From positions 416,001 to 480,000 of the forward strand of contig OZ224045.1 in NCBI GenBank assembly GCA_963665325.3: a DNA stretch of 64,000 nucleotides, written 5' to 3'. Numbering within the stretch: the stretch's first letter is position 1; every line of letters starts with the position of its first letter. Below are positions 59,914-64,000 of this stretch, in pieces. A model generated the notes under the pieces. That model worked only from the letters and a program-made list of their open reading frames with translations. It searched no databases and had not been told where the DNA came from. Origin of the DNA: Alphaproteobacteria bacterium (GTDB lineage Bacteria > Pseudomonadota > Alphaproteobacteria > Bin95). The translations under genes were made by a program, and so were the position numbers.

Positions 59914-60324
59914 TCAGCCGAACAGGTGGCCGGTCGCGACCCAGGCGCCCTCGTCGTCGACATCGACGACGCGGCCGACGATGACGCCACTCGAATTCGA
60001 GTCCGTGCGAACCGTCTCGTCGTCCTCGACATAGGCGGGATCGCCGATCTGGGCGCGGGCGAATGCCTTGCCGGACACGTCATTGTTCCAGCGGAAGATG
60101 CCCATGCGGACCCGGATGAAGGTGTCGCCGGTGGCGCCGGCGGTCGCCGACTCCTCGGCGCGGCCCACCGAAACATGGTTCGCGGCCTTGGTGCCCTCGA
60201 CCGCCAGGCCGCTGGCGTCGAGAAGCACCATCTTGCCGGCCTCGATCGTCGTGGACGCCTTCACCTTGTAGGCGCCCATATACTCGAAGCCGCCCGTGCG
60301 GCGCGGGGTGTTGCGTTCCGCCAT
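59914..60324 (-). CDS. putative capsid decoration/cement protein
   Basis: R.TP.R, I..G..V, G.A.E, G.F...N, IG...Y..DD.TV, G....VD..G.WV; between protease and gpT. Confidence 0.7.
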   Translation of the reverse strand: MAERNTPRRTGGFEYMGAYKVKASTTIEAGKMVLLDASGLAVEGTKAANHVSVGRAEESATAGATGDTFIRVRMGIFRWNNDVSGKAFARAQIGDPAYVEDDETVRTDSNSSGVIVGRVVDVDDEGAWVATGHLFG

Positions 60325-60327
60325 GGC

Positions 60328-61464
60328 TCAGTCCTCCGCCTCGCCCGCGGCAGCGAGCTCTTTCCTCGACTTGATGAAGTCTTCCTCGGAAACGCCCGTG
60401 GCGCGGCAGACCGCCTTCTCCTCGACCGTCAGCACGTCGCTGTCCGGGGCGGCCGTCGCCGGCGCGACGCGCCCGTTCGGCAGGATCGCCGGCGCGTCCT
60501 TCACGAACTCGGCGAAGCCCGCCGGGTCCTTCGAGGCATAGCCGAGCGCCCAGTCGCGCGAGGCCGGCGCGACCTTGCCGGCCTCGATCGCCTTGTCGAC
60601 CGCCGTCGAGGCCGTCGCCTTCGCGCCGTTGGCCTGCAGCGTCGCCAGGTCCGTCTTGACCCGGTCGAACTCGGCCCTCGGCACAAACTCGCCGGGGTTC
60701 CCGGCGCCCGCCGTCGCGGTCTTCACCGCCGTCGCGATCTGGGCGAGCGTCGCCCCGTCCTCGAGCCCGGCGGCCGTGCGGATCGCGCCGAGGCCGGCCT
60801 GCTGCGCGGTGAGCGCCGCCGTGGCCGTCTCGCCGGTCACCTCGCCGTCGAGGCCGAGCGCCTTGCCGACCGCAGCCAGGCCCGCCGCGCCCGCAGCCGC
60901 AAGCTCGGCGGCGGCGAGAATCTCCGCCTCGGTGGCGGTTGCGGCCAGGCCGAGGGCCTTCCGCAGCTTCGCAAGGTCCATTTCGACCTCCTCGTCTTCG
61001 GGTTGCGCGCCGGCTATGGCGCTCATGTAAAGGGCCGGGTCGTTCACCAGGGCCGCGCCCGTGATGCGCATGACCTGCCGGTTGTCCCGGCGATACTGGA
61101 AGGTGGCGCTCGTGAAGCGGTACTCGCGGGCGCGGATCATCGCCGCCGCCCGCTCGTTCCACTCGACCGCGCCCCAGATCGCGCCGTCCCGCGCGAATAC
61201 CCGCCTGATCCACCCCGCCGCCGGCGCGGGCTGGCCGTTTACCTTCGCGCGCTCCGCCTGGTGCTCATAGTCGACCGGCAGGTCCAGGCGCATGTCGCGC
61301 GTCGCGGCAACCACCGCGTCCGCATCCGGGTTCTGCCAGGGCAGGCGGCCGTCATGCGGCCGGGTCCGCACCTCGCCGGCGGGCAGCAGCAGGATTTCGG
61401 CCGGGGGCTCATTGCCACCCGGAAGCTCCGCCGCCGTCGCCGCATGGAGATATCGAACCGTCAT
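60328..61464 (-). CDS. Mu-like prohead protease gpI with embedded scaffold gpZ (internal start 60981)
   Basis: LLP.G, DGR, PVDYEH, APAAGWI, VEW...A...I...EYR, ALVN.P; internal GAGGAGG-ATG MDLAKL. Confidence 0.93.
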   Translation of the reverse strand: MTVRYLHAATAAELPGGNEPPAEILLLPAGEVRTRPHDGRLPWQNPDADAVVAATRDMRLDLPVDYEHQAERAKVNGQPAPAAGWIRRVFARDGAIWGAVEWNERAAAMIRAREYRFTSATFQYRRDNRQVMRITGAALVNDPALYMSAIAGAQPEDEEVEMDLAKLRKALGLAATATEAEILAAAELAAAGAAGLAAVGKALGLDGEVTGETATAALTAQQAGLGAIRTAAGLEDGATLAQIATAVKTATAGAGNPGEFVPRAEFDRVKTDLATLQANGAKATASTAVDKAIEAGKVAPASRDWALGYASKDPAGFAEFVKDAPAILPNGRVAPATAAPDSDVLTVEEKAVCRATGVSEEDFIKSRKELAAAGEAED

Positions 61465-61495
61465 GGCGTGGATTATGGGGAGCGCCGATATCAGT

Positions 61496-61521
61496 GTTCA
61501 GGGGAACATGTTCCCCTGAAC
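61496..61521. promoter_or_regulatory. perfect 26-bp palindrome upstream of head operon
   Basis: GTTCAGGGGAACATGTTCCCCTGAAC is its own reverse complement. Confidence 0.6.
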
Positions 61522-61624
61522 GGGCGGCCCGACATGCGCTCGAATCCGCCCCGGTCGCTGCCGGTAATGGCCGGCGGGGGCCGCACTGCGACAACAGTGC
61601 GAACCGGGAGATAGCGCTCCCACG

Positions 61625-62512
61625 ATGCAAGCTGGCCTGGCCGGCACCGTCCCGCCACCCCGCACGGGGCAGGGCGGATTATCGTGGGAGCGCCTCTCTT
61701 TGTCGAATCACGCCCTCGAACCCGTCGACCCCGCGCTGCCGATCGCGCCCTGGTTCGGCGGCAAGAAATACCTGGCCGCCCGCATCGCAGAGCGGATCGA
61801 GGCTGTCCCGCACCGCTGCTATGCCGAGCCGTTCTGCGGCATGGCCGGCGTGTTCTTCCGCCGGACAAGCAGGCCGAAGAGCGAGGCGCTGAACGACATC
61901 AATGGCGAGATCGTCAACCTCTACCGCATCGTCCGCGAGCATCCCGAAGAGCTCCTCCGGCAGTTTGACTGGGCGCTGACCGCGCGGGCCGAGTTCATAC
62001 GCCTCGTCGAGACGCCGCCGGATATCCTGACCGACGTCCAGCGCGCCGCCCGCTTCGCCTATTGCCAGACGCTGATGTTCGGCGGCAAGCCCGCCACCCT
62101 CGGCAGCCGGGGCACGATATCGACCGGCCCTTACCACCCGGCGAAGATCACGACAGAGCGCCTGCAGCGCTTGGTCGGCGGCGCTCACGCCCGGCTCCAG
62201 GGCGTCCATGTCGAGAGCCTCGACTGGCGCGTCTTCATCTCCCGCTACGACAAGCCGTTCACGCTGTTCTACATCGACCCGCCCTACTGGGGCCACGAGG
62301 CGGACTACGGCAAGGGGATCTTCGCGCGGGAGGATTTCGCCGCCATGGCGGACCTGCTGCGCGGCCTCAAGGGCCGGTTCATCTTGAGCCTCAACGACCG
62401 GCCCGAGGTCCGGGAGACCTTCGCCGGGTTCGAGTTCGAGGAGGTAACGACCCGCTACTCGGCCAACGCGAAGAGCACCAGGCGCGCGGCGGAGCTGCTG
62501 ATCTCGAATTAG
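61625..62512 (+). CDS. DNA adenine methyltransferase (D12/Dam class); true start may be TTG at ~61700
   Basis: WFGGK, YAEPFCG..GV, E.LND, FYIDPPY, LSLND, ELLISN. Confidence 0.92.
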   Translation: MQAGLAGTVPPPRTGQGGLSWERLSLSNHALEPVDPALPIAPWFGGKKYLAARIAERIEAVPHRCYAEPFCGMAGVFFRRTSRPKSEALNDINGEIVNLYRIVREHPEELLRQFDWALTARAEFIRLVETPPDILTDVQRAARFAYCQTLMFGGKPATLGSRGTISTGPYHPAKITTERLQRLVGGAHARLQGVHVESLDWRVFISRYDKPFTLFYIDPPYWGHEADYGKGIFAREDFAAMADLLRGLKGRFILSLNDRPEVRETFAGFEFEEVTTRYSANAKSTRRAAELLISN

Positions 62513-62994
62513 AGCTTCGACAGCAGGTAGTCCGCGACGAGGTCCTCGATCTCGCCGGCGTCGGCGTCCGACAGGCCGAGGAACTCGCGCGCCGGGATGT
62601 CGCCCCACGGAATCGGCGACCCCTTCGACGTCGTGCCGAACGAGCCCTTTTCCGCCCCGAACTGGTGCGTGCCGGCATAGACGAGCGGGCTCCCGACCAG
62701 AACCTCCGCCGGCCCCGCCTGAAACGGGATTTGACCGCCGAGGAATCCGTCGCGTGTCAGGATGCGGCTCTTGTTCCGGCGCTTGCGCTTCCGGGTCGCC
62801 TCGGAAAGCGGCTGCCATGGCGTGCCGTCCGGGCCCCGCTCGTCGGCAAACCGGTCCTTCGTGACGCGGACCAGGTATTCGCCGATGTCGCGCATGACGG
62901 GCGTCAGGTCTTGCCCCGCGGCGGCCAGCGCGCCGAGCCGCTTCGTGGCCGTGTCGATACCGACGACGTCGATTGAAATGCGGGCGCCGGCCAT
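62509..62994 (-). CDS. phage virion morphogenesis protein (Mu gpG)
   Basis: IG..L....RF....PDG.PW.PLS, VG....YA..HQFG, IPAR.FLGLS. Confidence 0.92.
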   Translation of the reverse strand: MAGARISIDVVGIDTATKRLGALAAAGQDLTPVMRDIGEYLVRVTKDRFADERGPDGTPWQPLSEATRKRKRRNKSRILTRDGFLGGQIPFQAGPAEVLVGSPLVYAGTHQFGAEKGSFGTTSKGSPIPWGDIPAREFLGLSDADAGEIEDLVADYLLSKL

Positions 62995-62996
62995 GG

Positions 62997-63203
62997 CTAC
63001 TCGTCGGTGTGTCCGGCGCAGATGTTCTGTCGGATTGTCGCCGCCCTTGCGGAAGCGGTGCATGCGAGCTTCTCGAACAGCTCGGCCTGCTCCGTCGCGG
63101 TCGTCAGGCTCTCGACCGTCCCCTCGACAGCGATCCGCAGCGCCCATCCCGTATCGGTCTTGCGGCCCGTGACCGCGCAGATCTGTGAAAAGTCACCGCT
63201 CAT
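62997..63203 (-). CDS. small hypothetical protein
   Basis: 68-aa ORF overlapping upstream gene, stop 2 nt before gpG start. Confidence 0.5.
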   Translation of the reverse strand: MSGDFSQICAVTGRKTDTGWALRIAVEGTVESLTTATEQAELFEKLACTASARAATIRQNICAGHTDE

Positions 63204-63591
63204 GTCGCTCCCCCTGCTCGCGGGCCTTCCGCGCCTCATAGTCCGCCGCCGCGCCCTCGTCGTCATATTCCTGCGGGACCAGGCCGTCGAGCGGGATCGA
63301 CTTGTCGTCGTCCCAGCTCGGCAGGTCGAAGATCGACGCGACGCCGGCGCGGGCCGCAGCAGCGTTCACGCCGTGCTCGGCCTGCATCCTGTTGGCAAGC
63401 ATCTGCTCGCCTTCGGTCATCTCGGACTCCGGCGTGATGGGCGCGTTAAGGGTTCCCCACCGGTCCTCGGCCAGCTTGCGGCCTTCTTCTTCGCCATGGC
63501 GCGCGATGCACTCGGCAAATATCCGCTCGCGGGCTTCCTCGGCCGTTTCTTCGGTCCAGGTGCCGTCGGCATTCAATCGCTCATATGCCAT
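63193..63591 (-). CDS. acidic hypothetical protein (candidate immunity protein)
   Basis: MAYERLNADG..., overlaps the ART gene end; GAGGAAG RBS. Confidence 0.6.
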   Translation of the reverse strand: MAYERLNADGTWTEETAEEARERIFAECIARHGEEEGRKLAEDRWGTLNAPITPESEMTEGEQMLANRMQAEHGVNAAAARAGVASIFDLPSWDDDKSIPLDGLVPQEYDDEGAAADYEARKAREQGERHER

Positions 63592-64000
63592 CGTCAACTT
63601 CCTCGACTTCGATCTCGACCACCCCGCGAGAGACCCTGCTTGGAGTGCCCACCACCCGCATCCTGGTTCCGGCCTTGAACAGCACCTCATCCTCGGTCGC
63701 ATATTGCGAGTAAGGCTTGATGTCCTTTCCATGCCGGCCCTTGATGACGAACCGCGTGTTGCCCCGGAACGCCTTCTCCTTCTTGCGCGACGAGCTGGAG
63801 AACGCCGCCCAAGTATGGGTGCTCCCCGGTATATAGGAAGCCTGCTCCTGCGCCGAAAGGGTCACGCCACGCCAGAACGTGCCGGCCTGGTCGGGTATGC
63901 GGTCGAGCGCGTCGTTCAGGGTGAGCATGTAGTCCTCGATCCGCTGCGCCGGCGCGCGGCCCTCGGCGAACGAATCCCGCAGCTCGTCGTTCAGCCGGCG
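63581..64000 (-). CDS. C-terminal ADP-ribosyltransferase domain, probably of a MuF head protein (5' part outside window)
   Basis: R-S-E motif: FWRG, FSSSS, EDEVLF; LN..LR helix; lies at the gpF position upstream of gpG. Confidence 0.78.
   Translation of the reverse strand, partial: RRLNDELRDSFAEGRAPAQRIEDYMLTLNDALDRIPDQAGTFWRGVTLSAQEQASYIPGSTHTWAAFSSSSRKKEKAFRGNTRFVIKGRHGKDIKPYSQYATEDEVLFKAGTRMRVVGTPSRVSRGVVEIEVEEVDDGI

Larger units (their letters stand above)
37329..64000 (-). mobile_element. Mu-like transposable prophage (myovirus tail), continues beyond window
   Basis: Mu-type gpG, protease I, gpT, gp36, gp37 plus P2-like V/W/J/I/FI/FII/E/T/U/X/D; TG terminus with repeated sites. Confidence 0.92.

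Overview
High-GC bacterial DNA, most likely alphaproteobacterial (inferred from gene content and protein style). It falls into four zones. (1) 1-19.8 kb: housekeeping and metabolic genes (dapA, smpB, grxC, trpS, nth, a TPP-riboswitch-controlled ThiXYZ-like ABC transporter, tRNA-Gly, clpS-clpA, flavin/F420 monooxygenases). (2) 19.9-30.5 kb: an accessory/defence-like patch with a DUF3883 gene, an IS66 carrying a DUF4338 (DruA-like) gene, IS1380 and IS110 remnants, two HEPN genes and two lipoproteins. (3) 30.5-37.3 kb: a complete group II intron (30549-36254, minus strand) whose RT gene is split by a Recombinase-In-Trio (RIT) element. The RIT has perfect 91-bp inverted ends and carries an inverted copy of its own target site. 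A TTGACA/TATAAT promoter, a ~33x 8-bp microsatellite and a decapitated secreted-protein gene follow. (4) 37.3-64 kb: one end and the morphogenesis genes of a Mu-like transposable myoprophage. Its unusual cargo includes a PAAR-fibronectin-III spike tip, a rubredoxin fusion protein, two large head/neck-region proteins, an amber-interrupted Acb2/Tad1-like gene, an antisense DNA adenine methylase with a structured leader, and a probable MuF ADP-ribosyltransferase toxin tip. All family calls come from motif recognition by eye; no database searches were run.
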